Shown piece after piece: positions 46,444 through 57,677 of a stretch of DNA of 64,000 nt. Source of the stretch: Lepidodermella squamata (Eukaryota > Animalia > Gastrotricha). Location: positions 2,480,001 through 2,544,000 of the forward strand of contig JBLDXI010000054.1 of NCBI GenBank assembly GCA_047495785.1, in the 5' to 3' direction. The position numbers and the translations under genes were made by a program. Position 1 is the first letter of the stretch, and every line of letters starts with the position of its first letter. The notes beneath the pieces were generated by a model that was given only the letters and a program-made list of their open reading frames with translations, was not told where the DNA came from and ran no database searches.

Positions 46444-47568
46444 ATGCCTCATGTTTTTAACGTGATCGCTTTGCTCGCACTCAACTTGCACTCGGCAGCG
46501 AAATGCCAGCAAAAGACTTACACACAATTCATTGTGGAGAAGTGCCCGGCACTTGGGCCCAACATCGGAAGTCCTACGCTCAACCTTACTACCCCGTTTC
46601 CTATTGGAGTGACTCTGGTTGTAGATCGGTTTTTCGGGATCGACGAAGATAAAGAGGTGTTACCGCTCAGTGGCAGCATTTTAATCACTTGGACCTCAGC
46701 TTGCCTCCCTAAAGTTGTCAAATCGAATTCAACTATATGGCCAGCAAAACTCGGCGAGTTGGAGATCGACACAGACGAAATATGGCATCCTAAAATTGAT
46801 TTTACGAGAATATCGGCAGGCAATTATGCTCCTTCAGTGCAGACTTATGCCTTCCCCTACGTTGGAACATTCATTATGGTACTGAATGGCCGGTTCGAAG
46901 CGCATTGTCCCTTAAACATTTTAGCTTATCCAGTTGATCTTCTCACTTGCTCTTTGGAAATAACCTCAATTAGTCCAGTTAGCTACGTTAATATAACAAC
47001 AGCGGCTATAGACATTTCCAGCTCAATTATTTCCGATGTTATAGGATGGGTGAAACAAGCTCCTATCTCGAATTTAGGTATCAGGTACAATGGCTATTTA
47101 AAGTCTCCTCAGGCTGTTTACAAGTTCAAATTTCGACGAAAATCAGCTCGAGTTATTGTGAGCTTACTAGTGCCAAGTGTCATTTTTCAAACAATAGCTC
47201 TTAGCTCATTCTTCCTCCCAGCCAAGTATCCTGATCGAGATGTGTTTTGCGCCGTGGTCATGCTAACTTTCACAATTTTCCCTAGTCAATCCTCCACTGA
47301 TTTCTCGAAGTATTCTCAGCTCATGATTATCGATTGTTACTTCTTAGCTGTTTTCTGCTTCATGATGCTTGTAACTATATATTCAACCGGACTGAGTTAC
47401 TATGTCAATATTCATCGCCGCCTTGCTAGACAGAGAGCGGCTGTTACCAGCGGCTGGAAACCTCAGATGTTCTTGCTGGTCGATATCACAGCTTTCGTAA
47501 CCGCGTTAGTAATATATCTCACAATCAATATTGTGACTTTTTCGATACTCGCATCAATGAGTAGCTGA
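46444..47568 (+). CDS. Highly divergent, intronless Cys-loop ligand-gated ion channel subunit (copy 17)
   Basis: Single ORF with signal peptide, VDRFFGIDE, IWHPKI, Cys-loop CPLNILAYPVDLLTC, FLPAKYPDRDVFCAVVMLTFTIF and four TMs. Confidence 0.88.
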   Translation: MPHVFNVIALLALNLHSAAKCQQKTYTQFIVEKCPALGPNIGSPTLNLTTPFPIGVTLVVDRFFGIDEDKEVLPLSGSILITWTSACLPKVVKSNSTIWPAKLGELEIDTDEIWHPKIDFTRISAGNYAPSVQTYAFPYVGTFIMVLNGRFEAHCPLNILAYPVDLLTCSLEITSISPVSYVNITTAAIDISSSIISDVIGWVKQAPISNLGIRYNGYLKSPQAVYKFKFRRKSARVIVSLLVPSVIFQTIALSSFFLPAKYPDRDVFCAVVMLTFTIFPSQSSTDFSKYSQLMIIDCYFLAVFCFMMLVTIYSTGLSYYVNIHRRLARQRAAVTSGWKPQMFLLVDITAFVTALVIYLTINIVTFSILASMSS

Positions 47569-47606
47569 AAATCATCAAATTATTGTATTGTTCGAAAACT
47601 CTCGAT

Positions 47607-49651
47607 TTATGAGTTGCCATGTTTACGGCAACAGCAGTTCAATTTCTGGCAAGCTTCGGTCTCTTTCAATTCACGATAGACCAGTGGCGCCATACAAACC
47701 AATGTCAATATGCACTGAAAAAGGGAAACATTTTACCTGAGATAAATCGATAACTGAATCTTACAGAAATTATGAATAAATAGAAAACTGAATTCCAGCC
47801 AAGACTGTTTTGAATCACAGGTACAAGGAGCTGGCCAATAGCGGCGCCCATGCTTCCAATACCGTCCATAATGCCGGTCACTGTTGATAGGGCAGCTGGG
47901 TTGCCTCGCAATTTTGGCTGCCGGCCAAGATCGGCGGCTATCGCTGCTGACATAATGTTACTCACGCCGCCGATGAAAAACCCGATGACAACCAGGACGA
48001 ATGCATTCAAAGCCGCGTCATTTGGTAGAGCTGGAAATGGAGAAAAATTTAATCGATAGCTCAAACCAAGCAAGTGCTAACTTGTATAAAGAAGAAGGCT
48101 TGGAATTGCTAAAAGCAGCATTACAGCTAAAACGGGAGCCCTTTTTAACTTGTCCGAGATATAGCCACCTATGATAGCTCCAATGACCCCGCCAACATCA
48201 TACCAACTAGCTAGGGAAGATGCGGTCGATGCCTCCCAAAGGAATTGCCGGGTTAGATAGAACGGGAGCCAATAGAAGAACGAATAATTGACTAGTTTCA
48301 CACCGGCATAAGCGAGAGAATACTAGAGGAAAATTGTATATAAATTCAAAAGTGCGGGGTGTCCTTATAGTCTTACCAGGATAACTCCGGGTAAAAACAG
48401 GGCAGCTATAAGACCGATCGGCTTGTTTTCGGTTGGTGGAACGTGAGTCGAAGGTAGAGAGTTAACAGTATCTGCGGCCGAGCCGTAATGATAAGGTCTT
48501 TCGGGTAATAATCTACGCTGCTCTTCTTCCTCGGTCTTTTTCTCTTTGTCAGTTGTTGGCCCGGGAAGGCCAACTTCTACCGGGGTCTCCACGAGCCCGA
48601 AGAATAGCAAGAGACAGTTAGAGACGAGAAAAATCGCGGGTATCAGCATGGATACATCGTAACCATATCCGACAAAAGCACTACCCAGAAGAGAGCCAGC
48701 AATATTCCCGACAGAAGCACAAGTGCTCCAGAATCCAAAAATAAACCCACGACTATACAAAACTAAAGTAGCCACAGGAAAGAGTGAAAAGACTAGACCT
48801 ACTGTGATTTGCCAAACCAGTTACCCATTACCGCGATGAGGCAAGGAATTGCTGGGGATTGAAATAGTCCATTTATAAGCCATAGCGGTAGGTACCAGGC
48901 GACGCTGTACAACTCTAACCATTCTCCAACGCTGGCGAAGAGAAACACTGTCAACGCGTTGCCGATGATTCCGATGCATAACACGTATCGTACGTTGTAT
49001 CGGTCACCCAAAGTCCCAGAAAAGAACAAACCCTAAACCATCAATGCAATTTTAACGGATTTGAAAGATAGGCATAAACATACAACGGCGTAGACTACTT
49101 GGAAGCTGGTATCAAGGGCGCCCAAAAATGTAACACTGCTAGGATCGGTGTTACTTTTGAAAAACGTATGCGTGTTCCAAATCTAAAGACAGAAATGAAT
49201 TGGAGAAATGGCTCGAGGATTGGGTTCGAACTCACATAGTCTGGTTCCTTTTGCTCGATAGTCCCATTGCTTGGAGTTGAAGGGGTCCATTCTTCGATAA
49301 TCACTGATTTCACGCTTCCTAACGACTTTCGACTTGCATGAATCAGAGCATTCCTGAGACGAGGAAATCTAGCGAATTTATTGCAGAAAGTTCTGAACTT
49401 ACGTCAAGTATGTGAGAATAAATGCAGCTAGGTGAAAGTGCGTGTAGTTTGTTTTAAGAAGTCGATGCTTAGCGAAGATCGCGGCGTGTTTGACTTTCAC
49501 CGGATCTTGAGCTGCCGCATTCTCGGAGAGCGGCGCCTCCTCTGCTTCGACTTTCGCAATGTTTGTAGCTTCTAAGTCTGAATGATAGCAAATACATGTT
49601 GGCAGTCATTTCTGGAAGTCTCATCGAACTATTCGATGACGAGTTTTTCAT
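47607..49651 (-). CDS. SLC37A3: Sugar-phosphate exchanger SLC37A3-like MFS transporter (copy A), multi-exon
   Basis: HASRKSL, GTLGDRYNVR, MGNWFGKSQ|RGFIFGFWSTCASVGNI, KLVNYSFFYWLPFYL, WYDVGGVIG, ALSTVTGIMDGIGSMGAAIGQ; start inferred via a 22-nt first exon and intron 49578-49629. Confidence 0.88.
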
Positions 49652-50196
49652 TGCAATCAAGTTTTAATTAAGTGGCAAGCTCTGCGATATAAATATGCCC
49701 GATATAGGGCGAGTTTTTTATGCCTGAATTCTGTGATAGCACGTGGACATCGGTACAGTGCAAATCCCATTAGCATTAGACGTAATATCCAGAGGATTTG
49801 ATGCGGTATCAGGACATATAATTGATAAGGCCGTTTGGTGAACTTGGCGGGCTGATAAGACACTTCCTAGAAGACAATGCTGGCATAATCATACTTAAAT
49901 ACTTTCCTTTCATTAGCTTGATTTGCAACTTCTCAGCAGGAAATTCTCTTCGGAACACTTGGCTGGGGATTTTAGAATTAGAAACACAGAGAAGCAAAAA
50001 GAGCCTTTTAAGGGACGGATCAGTTGTTTACAGAGTGTCATTAAAGTTTTGCGGAAATGAACTGGTTTCCTTCTGTTTTTTATTTCGACTGACGAACCCG
50101 ATCTGCGATGACAATAGAGCTCAGGTACAAGAAAATTGAAGATAGCTGATATTGAAATTCTTTAAATTGAAAATTCTCATGAAAAGGTTGAATGTG

Positions 50197-52048
50197 TTAG
50201 GCATTTGATTTATCAATCTGAGGTTTATTGCATATGGAAGGGCTTTTCAGTTCAGGATAGAAGAGTGGCGCCATGCATACCAGCGTCAACATGCACTGCA
50301 AAGATATAAATCTGTTGAGATCCTCCATTTTCATGCGAATGTCTTACCGTGACTATGAACAGGTAGAATACAGCATCCCAGCCGAGGTTGTGTTGAATGA
50401 GTGGAACTAAGAGCTGTCCGAGCGCAGCACCAGTGCTTCCTATCCCATCCACTATCCCGCATACTGTGGAGAGAGCGGAAGATCGACCTTGCAAAGCAGC
50501 TTGCTGGCCTAGATCTGCGACGACAGCAGCCGATAAAATGTGGGACCGATAAAACTTCCGATCATAATGAGCGCAGATGCATTCAAAGCTGCACTATCGG
50601 GGAGAGCTTAAAAGTTGATAGAAAGTTAAATCCTAGCGCCACATAGGTAGTAGATTCCAACCTGGGTATGCCAGTAAACAGGGTATTGCCAATGTCAGCA
50701 TAGCGGCTAGTACCGAAACGCGTCTGAACTTGTCAGAGATATACCCTCCCGCGATACCCCCTATGACGCTTCCCATGTCGTACCAACTAGCCATTGAAGA
50801 AGCGCGGGGTGCTCCCCACTGAAACTGCCTGGTTAGGTAATATGGAAGCCAATAGAAGAACGAGCTATTCACAAGTTTAACCCCCGCGTATGCAAAGGAA
50901 TACTGTGAGAGAAAAACCAGTCGCAAAATTATTTCTCGACTGTAATCTAAGCTTACCAATAGAACTCCAGGGAGAAGTAATGCTTCAAGCAATGTGATAG
51001 ACTGAGTTACCTCGACGTATTCATCGGCATTTCTTTTTTCATCTGTCTCAGACTCAGCCACCAGGCCAACTTCTTCTGGCGATGTGACCAGCCCCGTAAA
51101 AATGAAGCACGAGTTGCTAATCAAGAAAATAGCAGCGATCAATATTGCTACGTCGTACCCATATCCAACGGACGCACTGACTAGCAGCGACCCTGCGATG
51201 TTTCCCAGCAATGGCGAAACACTCCAGAGGCCAAAGATCAAGCCACGACTGAAAACAAGGCATTTTTCATCGAAAAATTGTTTCTTCAAGGCTCACTGTG
51301 CTTTCCCAAACCAGTTGCCCATCACCGAAATGAGGCAAGGAATGGTTGGCGACTGGAAAAGACCATTCAAAAGACAGAGAGGCAAGTACCAGGCAGCACT
51401 GTATAGATGGAACCATTCGGAGATATTTGCGAACAAAAAAAATGTAAAGGCATTGCCCAGAAGGGCGATGCAGATCACAAGTCGAACGTTGTAGCGGTCA
51501 CCCATTACTCCGGTAAACAACATGCCCTAATACAGCGATTGTTCTTGTAAACTTGTAGATGCAACTACAAACTACAACGTACTATTGCGTATGATAATTG
51601 CAGGCTTGTATCCAAAATCCCCATGAACAAATCACTATCAGGGTCTCGGTTGCTTTTGAAAAAATTATGGGCATTCCATATCTGTATAATTTTTATATAA
51701 AACAATAGCTCAAGCTTGTAATAGTGACTACTTCATCTGGCTGCTTGTTTAGCAAGGTGAAATTGGTGGGATGGGAAGGTGTCCATTCTTCTATAACAAC
51801 CGATTTCATATTGGAAAAACACTTGCGACCAGCATGCAGCATGGCATCGCTGATAATATGAATAAGCACAATGATGGCATAGTTCTAGGAAGCTCAATAT
51901 CAATAGCTTACGTGGAAAAGGTCAGCAGAAAAACGGCTACATGAAAATGGGCGTAGTTTGTTTTGCAGAGGCGATGTTTCGCTAAAATGGTATCTTTATT
52001 TGGCGAGCAAGTAGAAATCAAGGAAGTTTTCTCAGGTAACGTGTCCAT
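50197..52048 (-). pseudogene. SLC37A3-like tandem duplicate (copy B) with a 7-nt deletion frameshift near 50543
   Basis: Same motifs and exon layout as copy A. FIG-GVS-NIMSAA of copy A is reduced to FIG-(CC)-HILSAA, giving a TAG at 50509-50511; the downstream frame is still recognisable. Confidence 0.7.
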
Positions 52049-53136
52049 TACAACATCTTCCTCATCTGATAAGCGATAATATATTTTAGAATTAAATTGC
52101 GAGTTAATATAATAAAGTGAGCAAATTCAGTGAAACAAAGCGCAATACATATCATTGCCAACACCATTGCAAATTGTAGGCTGTTTTTCAGATGATATAG
52201 CTGCCTCTCAGCTAAAAATGTAGGGCATCTATTTTATAGGCGCTATTTGACCCATATTTTTTAATTTCAATAAAACAGCAGCAGCTGAGCTGATACCTCG
52301 ATGTCAGCAACGACCATGCTACGCCACCCCGCACGGCTCATGCATAAACATGCGATATTATCTTAACAATACCTATGATTAGTAAGGAGAAAAATTGCGC
52401 CTTTTAGTGACTTTCAGAATGCTTATAGCATGAGGGAATATTAGTCCCACACTTGATAGGGACCTCACCAGCACATTTTTCCAATCCCAGATGGTTTACT
52501 TCCATGCTGTTGAGTTAGAAAATCGCTGAAGCGCTGCTAGAGTCTTGCAATTGTGACATCGCATAGCTCAATCTGATTACTGATTAGCAACTTGGTAAAA
52601 CCTAATCAAAACCTCTTATACAAACCGCCGTGTTGACATTGTTTAGCGTTTGAACTCTAGTCCCATCTGAGCTTGCCCAATACCGCAGCGATGCCTGCAT
52701 GAATTACATACCGCCGATTAGAACTTATGACAAACACCCTTTATCGACAATCTATTCAGCTTCAACTTTTCATTCCGCCTCAAATTAGGTTCATCTACAA
52801 AGTTCTTTCAACCAATATATAATATGAGTTCAAAAAATAACGTGCACATCCTTATTCAGAGAGCAACTGTTGTATTTACCCATACTCGGTGCCAAGTTGA
52901 CGTGAGACTTCAACAGTAGCGACTCGGAGGCGCACCGAGGCGAGCACTCGACAACAAAAATCGGCCCGCGCGTGTTTACTCAGTGAAAGAGGCAGGCACG
53001 GCAAACTACACCTGATCACCATCGGCGTAAAAAAGTGAAATCGACACGTGCGTAAAATGTCAAGGAGCAAACACCACTGCAACTCACCAGCAAGTCCCTT
53101 AGTCTTTTTAGTATCAAGATTTTCGCTCCGCCAGAA

Positions 53137-54141
53137 ATGGAGAAACTCCTCTTTTGTCTTGGGCTTGTCTTCCTTTTTTCAGGCAACTTCAGCCATGCCC
53201 AGCCAATGTCGGCAGTCTTCACAAACCAGTCGATCGGAAATACAAGATTCTCATTGGGTATACTTGAAGTTTTGAGGCGGGTCGAAAGCACTAGACGATT
53301 GATTGCATTCGAACCCGGCTGTTATCTATCGGATGAGGACAAAACTGAAGTTCGCTGCAATGAATCCGCCGTTCTAGACTTTGACCAACTCTACACAGTC
53401 GATTCAATCTACAAATTCGTCTGCACCGGTTGCCAAGTTGTGGGCAATAAGCTGGACTCTTCGTTCTGCAGATTTGCTGGAACCTCGAATTACGGCCTTC
53501 ACTCAGCTGTTTTCTACTGGACAAATATAACTCTCATCGATTCAAACACTTTCAATTGCACGGATGCTGATAAAACTGTTGTTCGTTTTGTTATTAAAGG
53601 AACTCTGAGTAACGAGCTGAAATTGGGGCCTAGAATCTGCGGGCCCATGGCGCAATTTGATCTACTATGGATTCAGGGCATTCGGCATCTGACTTTCACT
53701 TCAAATACTTTCGCAGACTGCAGCCTGCGGTCTTTACTCATCGACTACGCTGATCTAGCCACTTCGAATTTCGACCCAAGGAATTTGTTACTCATGAGGA
53801 AAGTACCTGTAGCTATCAAGTTTAATTTTGTTCGATTGGATACTGTCGGCCTTATTTGGAATGAAGTCTTCCGCCGGTCTGAGGCCGATAACGGATGTAT
53901 TGCTAATTTCGACCTTGGCGGAAAGGGAAGTGTATCAGTGAGGTGTGACCAGCGATTGGCTTGGATGAAGGAGTACAACGATATGGAAGCGAGACTTAGG
54001 TTCGGCAACGCTTCGTGCCGATATCCGCCAGATTTGATCGGCAGAACTGTCTCCTCCTTAAGATGGGAAAAATTGGCTGTTATTCCTACTCCACTGCCCG
54101 ATAGAGAGCCTGATCGTACGATCTACGGCGAAGATCCATGA
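53137..54141 (+). CDS. Secreted protein with degenerate leucine-rich repeats and an LRRCT-like cap, intronless
   Basis: Signal peptide; ITLIDSNTFNC and LTFTSNTFADCSLRSLLI repeats; C-terminal CDQRLAWM...CRYPPDLIGRTVSSL resembles LRRCT; no TM segment. Confidence 0.65.
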   Translation: MEKLLFCLGLVFLFSGNFSHAQPMSAVFTNQSIGNTRFSLGILEVLRRVESTRRLIAFEPGCYLSDEDKTEVRCNESAVLDFDQLYTVDSIYKFVCTGCQVVGNKLDSSFCRFAGTSNYGLHSAVFYWTNITLIDSNTFNCTDADKTVVRFVIKGTLSNELKLGPRICGPMAQFDLLWIQGIRHLTFTSNTFADCSLRSLLIDYADLATSNFDPRNLLLMRKVPVAIKFNFVRLDTVGLIWNEVFRRSEADNGCIANFDLGGKGSVSVRCDQRLAWMKEYNDMEARLRFGNASCRYPPDLIGRTVSSLRWEKLAVIPTPLPDREPDRTIYGEDP

Positions 54142-54236
54142 GAGTAAAATCGAAAAGACCTTGAAATTCAATATTTTCGAAATGGTTTTAAAACCAAATA
54201 AAACAAGCTAATTATAGCAAAATGTTCTTGTTTTAT

Positions 54237-54664
54237 TCATGATATTTTAGCCATTAAAATGTTTTTGAAGTTAGTCATCGTGCCGTGGGTGAGGTCTCGT
54301 GCAGCAGCTTGAGCCCAGAGATTGAAAGGCTGCGGATTCCTTTGGCGGCAGATTGCGGCAGCAAGAATGCGACTGCATTTCCTGAACTTTTCGTGCTTCA
54401 TGCTCTGATACATCGCTCGTAGAAGCTCGTACGCTTTGGAATATTCTTTCCTCTCTAGCAGCACTTTAAGCCTCCCTGTATAGAATTAACGAAATTAGCG
54501 GCCGAAACAGATACATTTTGTATCGAAAACTAACTCGCGGAAGCAGCTTTGATCTCATAGGCTGATATCATTTTCCATCGCTCGCCTGTACGGGTAGAAG
54601 CTCTGGCTACAAACTTCACATATAGATCAAATACTAACATAACCAAGACAAGCCTTTTCAGCAT
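54237..54664 (-). CDS. Unrecognised small secreted C-x8-C / NPQPFxLWAQ family, member A; intron 54476-54534
   Basis: Exon 1 MLKRLVLVMLVFDLYVKFVARA... splices (phase 1) to RRLKVLLERKE...KCSRILAAAICRQRNPQPFNLWAQAAARD. Confidence 0.85.
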
Positions 54665-55426
54665 TACTGCAATGAGCTTGAATAATGAATTCTGTTTAGG
54701 ACAGAAGTTATTTTCTCTCTCGAAAAAGTCGAATCTTCGATATGTACTAGAAATGACAGCTGCTGTTTATTTCGTGGCATCATCCGACCTAAGTTGAGCT
54801 AGACATCATTGTAGACAATTTTCCGATACAGAAGCTACATGACAAGTGCATTTTGTGTCTACACCGACTTCCTGATACTTGTAGCCATGAGTCATGCTAT
54901 TAGTAACGCATAATCTCAAGTTGCTTCGTTAAAAACCCGAAAATTCAGAGCACTGCGCCTTTTCTCAAAACAAGGCCTTTCATTCTAGATTAGAAACAAA
55001 AATAGCTGCATATGACTCTAGCGGCGCACTCGAAGCCCACGGTCATATTCTCAGCGTATTTCAACGATATGCCAGGTGAGTATCGGAAATGTACGGGGTT
55101 TTGAAGAATAGTAATTAAGCTTTTGCCCTAAAACAAAAAGCTACCTCAAATTTCTTATTACGCCTACATATAATTCATATCACATAGCATACTCACCCTC
55201 GAGAATGTTCTCCACTAGCTCGCTGCAACTTCGGGAATCCGGCCAAGCATTCACCTGACTAGCACCCGCGTGGTTCGAAATTACCACTTCGCGTGTTAAG
55301 AATCCCCGCAGGAAATGTCAAGTGGGTTTCAGTTGCCATGAGCCGTCGCCTTTATCGCTTATAAATTACACCGTCGATTCGTTGCACCTTAATTCAAACG
55401 AATTTCACCCTTATAATAACGCCAAG

Positions 55427-55823
55427 ATGCAGGGAACAATTTTTACGACTCTCGCAGCTGTTTTGATGCTATCTAGTGCAATAAACAGCGCACCGATTAC
55501 GTCCGAGAAGAACAATGAAGTTCTTGAAGGTAATGATATAGGCTATCAATTTTTATCGTATTATATCGATTGATTTTCCAGCAAAAATCCAGGAGATGCT
55601 GGAAAATAACAATGACGAGCAGGTTTTCGAAATGGTGCGAAAGATGTTAGCCCAGCAACGCGAGGAGCGACTAAGGAAATGCCGTGAAGTTCTATCAGCC
55701 TCCATCTGCAGTAACAACAATCCTCAGCCTTTCTACCTATGGGCCCAGGTCGCAGCTCGTGACATGACAAAAGACCCTCTCAAAGCCTTTAAAGGCAAGG
55801 TTATCAACAAAATGGCTGCATGA
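55427..55823 (+). CDS. Unrecognised small secreted family, member B; intron 55530-55581
   Basis: Signal peptide MQGTIFTTLAAVLMLSSAINS; KCREVLSASICSNNNPQPFYLWAQVAARD. Confidence 0.88.
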
Positions 55824-56169
55824 AGGCTGATTTGTTACAGTCTTTAGAAGCATTGTATACAGCAATATTCGATTACTGTCATGATAATAGCTGAGTAGTA
55901 AAACCGTGTTTGTTCCTATGTCTTGATGAGTCACTTGCGTCCACCCCGAGGGAAAATTGTCTATGGTCTATTGCGCTCATCAAACAAACAAGAATGAAAT
56001 CTTACATAAACAGACAATCCTCGTTTCCGGCTAGCGTGTAGGGGGCGAGCACAGCATCGTTATTGAATGTTCAGGATGATAGATTAAAACTCACGGTCGG
56101 TTGAACACCAGTTTCAGATGCTCAAAATGTCCAGAAGATTAATTGCTTTTTCATCGCAAACATTCTAAA

Positions 56170-56591
56170 ATGTTTCCCAGTTTTAATTTCCCTCAATCCT
56201 TTCTACAAATCGCCATAGTCACACTTTTCTCTTTTCAAATGGTTAATTCAATGAACAATGAAGAAAGTGATGCGAAATACGAAATGGTTCAATCGGCTTC
56301 AGCAGGTGAGAGAGTCATTTTAAAAGATTAATCCTGTTTAAATTTAAACTTTAAGGTCGAGTTGTGGCTCTATTGAAACGACACGAGAACGCGAAAGCCT
56401 ACAACCTTTTGAAAGCCATGTACCTATCGATGAAGGCACAACAGTTTAAGAAATGCATCCGAGTCCTCGCGCCAGCTATCTGCAGGAAAACTAACCCGCA
56501 GCCCTTTCATCTCTGGGCTCAAGCAGCAGCTCGCGATCTTACTCAGGGAACAATGAACAGTCTCAGGAGCCGCTTGATGTTGAATAATTAG
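56170..56591 (+). CDS. Unrecognised small secreted family, member C; intron 56306-56355
   Basis: Signal-like N-terminus; KCIRVLAPAICRKTNPQPFHLWAQAAARD; closest to member A. Confidence 0.86.
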
Positions 56592-56909
56592 ACATACTAT
56601 CATTAATAAAGCCTGTTGTTTAGTTTTTCAATTCATGAGTTCGATATATGCCTAATTGAGTAGGGAAATCATCCTATGAAGTGTTGACTAATAAACTAGG
56701 CCTACACAAATTATTTTCGTTATTTCCCATGGATACCGAACTTTCATTGCTTTCATTCCTAATAACGATTTTGCGTGATAAACACCTACGCAAGTCTACG
56801 TAGTTTGGCGTGGTCAGTCACCGCCTCAAAGAAGCAATATAAGGCAAGCGCGGGCCCAATCTCAGGTCATTCAATTCCTTATTGTTAAACTTACATATTT
56901 CCGATTAGA

Positions 56910-57305
56910 ATGAAGTGCTTCTTATTTGGGATTGTTGCTTTCGGATTCCTAATCGCACTATCCTACTGTGATGCAGAGGAATCACAGCAGGCAGCAGCCG
57001 ATCGGGTTTTTACGAGTAAATTTACCCTTTCATCAAGTTTCCTCTTTTCAAGTCATATTTTCACAGGAAAAATTGACATGCTGCTGAAAGCTGGCCAAGA
57101 CAAAGCTGCGATGGCTGTGCTTCGAGAAATGATGGCTCATGAGAGGCTACGTCGTCTTCAGAAGTGTATAGAGCTGTTATCACCTTCGATTTGCCAGAAC
57201 AATAACGCGAAGCCATTCTATATGTGGGCCCAGGTAGCAGCTCGTGACATTGTGAAAGACCCGATTGAAGAGCTGAAAAGCCGCCTACAGTCTAACAGGC
57301 GCTGA
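56910..57305 (+). CDS. Unrecognised small secreted family, member D; in-frame intron 57016-57066
   Basis: Signal peptide MKCFLFGIVAFGFLIALSYC; KCIELLSPSICQNNNAKPFYMWAQVAARD; closest to member B. Confidence 0.88.
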   Translation: MKCFLFGIVAFGFLIALSYCDAEESQQAAADRVFTSKFTLSSSFLFSSHIFTGKIDMLLKAGQDKAAMAVLREMMAHERLRRLQKCIELLSPSICQNNNAKPFYMWAQVAARDIVKDPIEELKSRLQSNRR

Positions 57306-57677
57306 TAGCCATCTTTCTGTTTCAAAATTATAAATCCACCTGAATCTATCAGTAAATGCATTTTTGAGATTTATATTGTCATGGGTAAGCGAGTGTCTCA
57401 AATAAAATTTATTTACGCGTTATTATCCTCTGACCATAGTCCGAGGTGACGTAATGTTGGGTTTATTTTGAGTGCTAATTATAGCCGGTAATCATGATGA
57501 ATTACATCATTTGATTCCCATAAGGCGATCAGCGAGGCCATGGCCACTCAAACAAATGATGTTGCGCGTCAATTTGACAATTACTGTTCCTCCTCTCAAC
57601 CTCATGGGGCTATGTGGGAGGTGTACTTTACACCTTATCATCCGCAAATTACGATCATTTTGTAAAAATCCGCAAAA

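Noticed and set aside
5212-46823. Recurrent antisense ORFs over channel exons (e.g. 5212-5544, 27604-27864, 29025-29399, 31186-31500, 43782-44114)
   Set aside because: They resemble each other only because they are reverse complements of conserved paralogous coding sequence.
519-47568. Reading the split ORFs as separate soluble AChBP-like and TM-only genes, or as frameshifted pseudogenes
   Set aside because: Each break is bridged in frame by a canonical 49-58 nt GT-AG intron.
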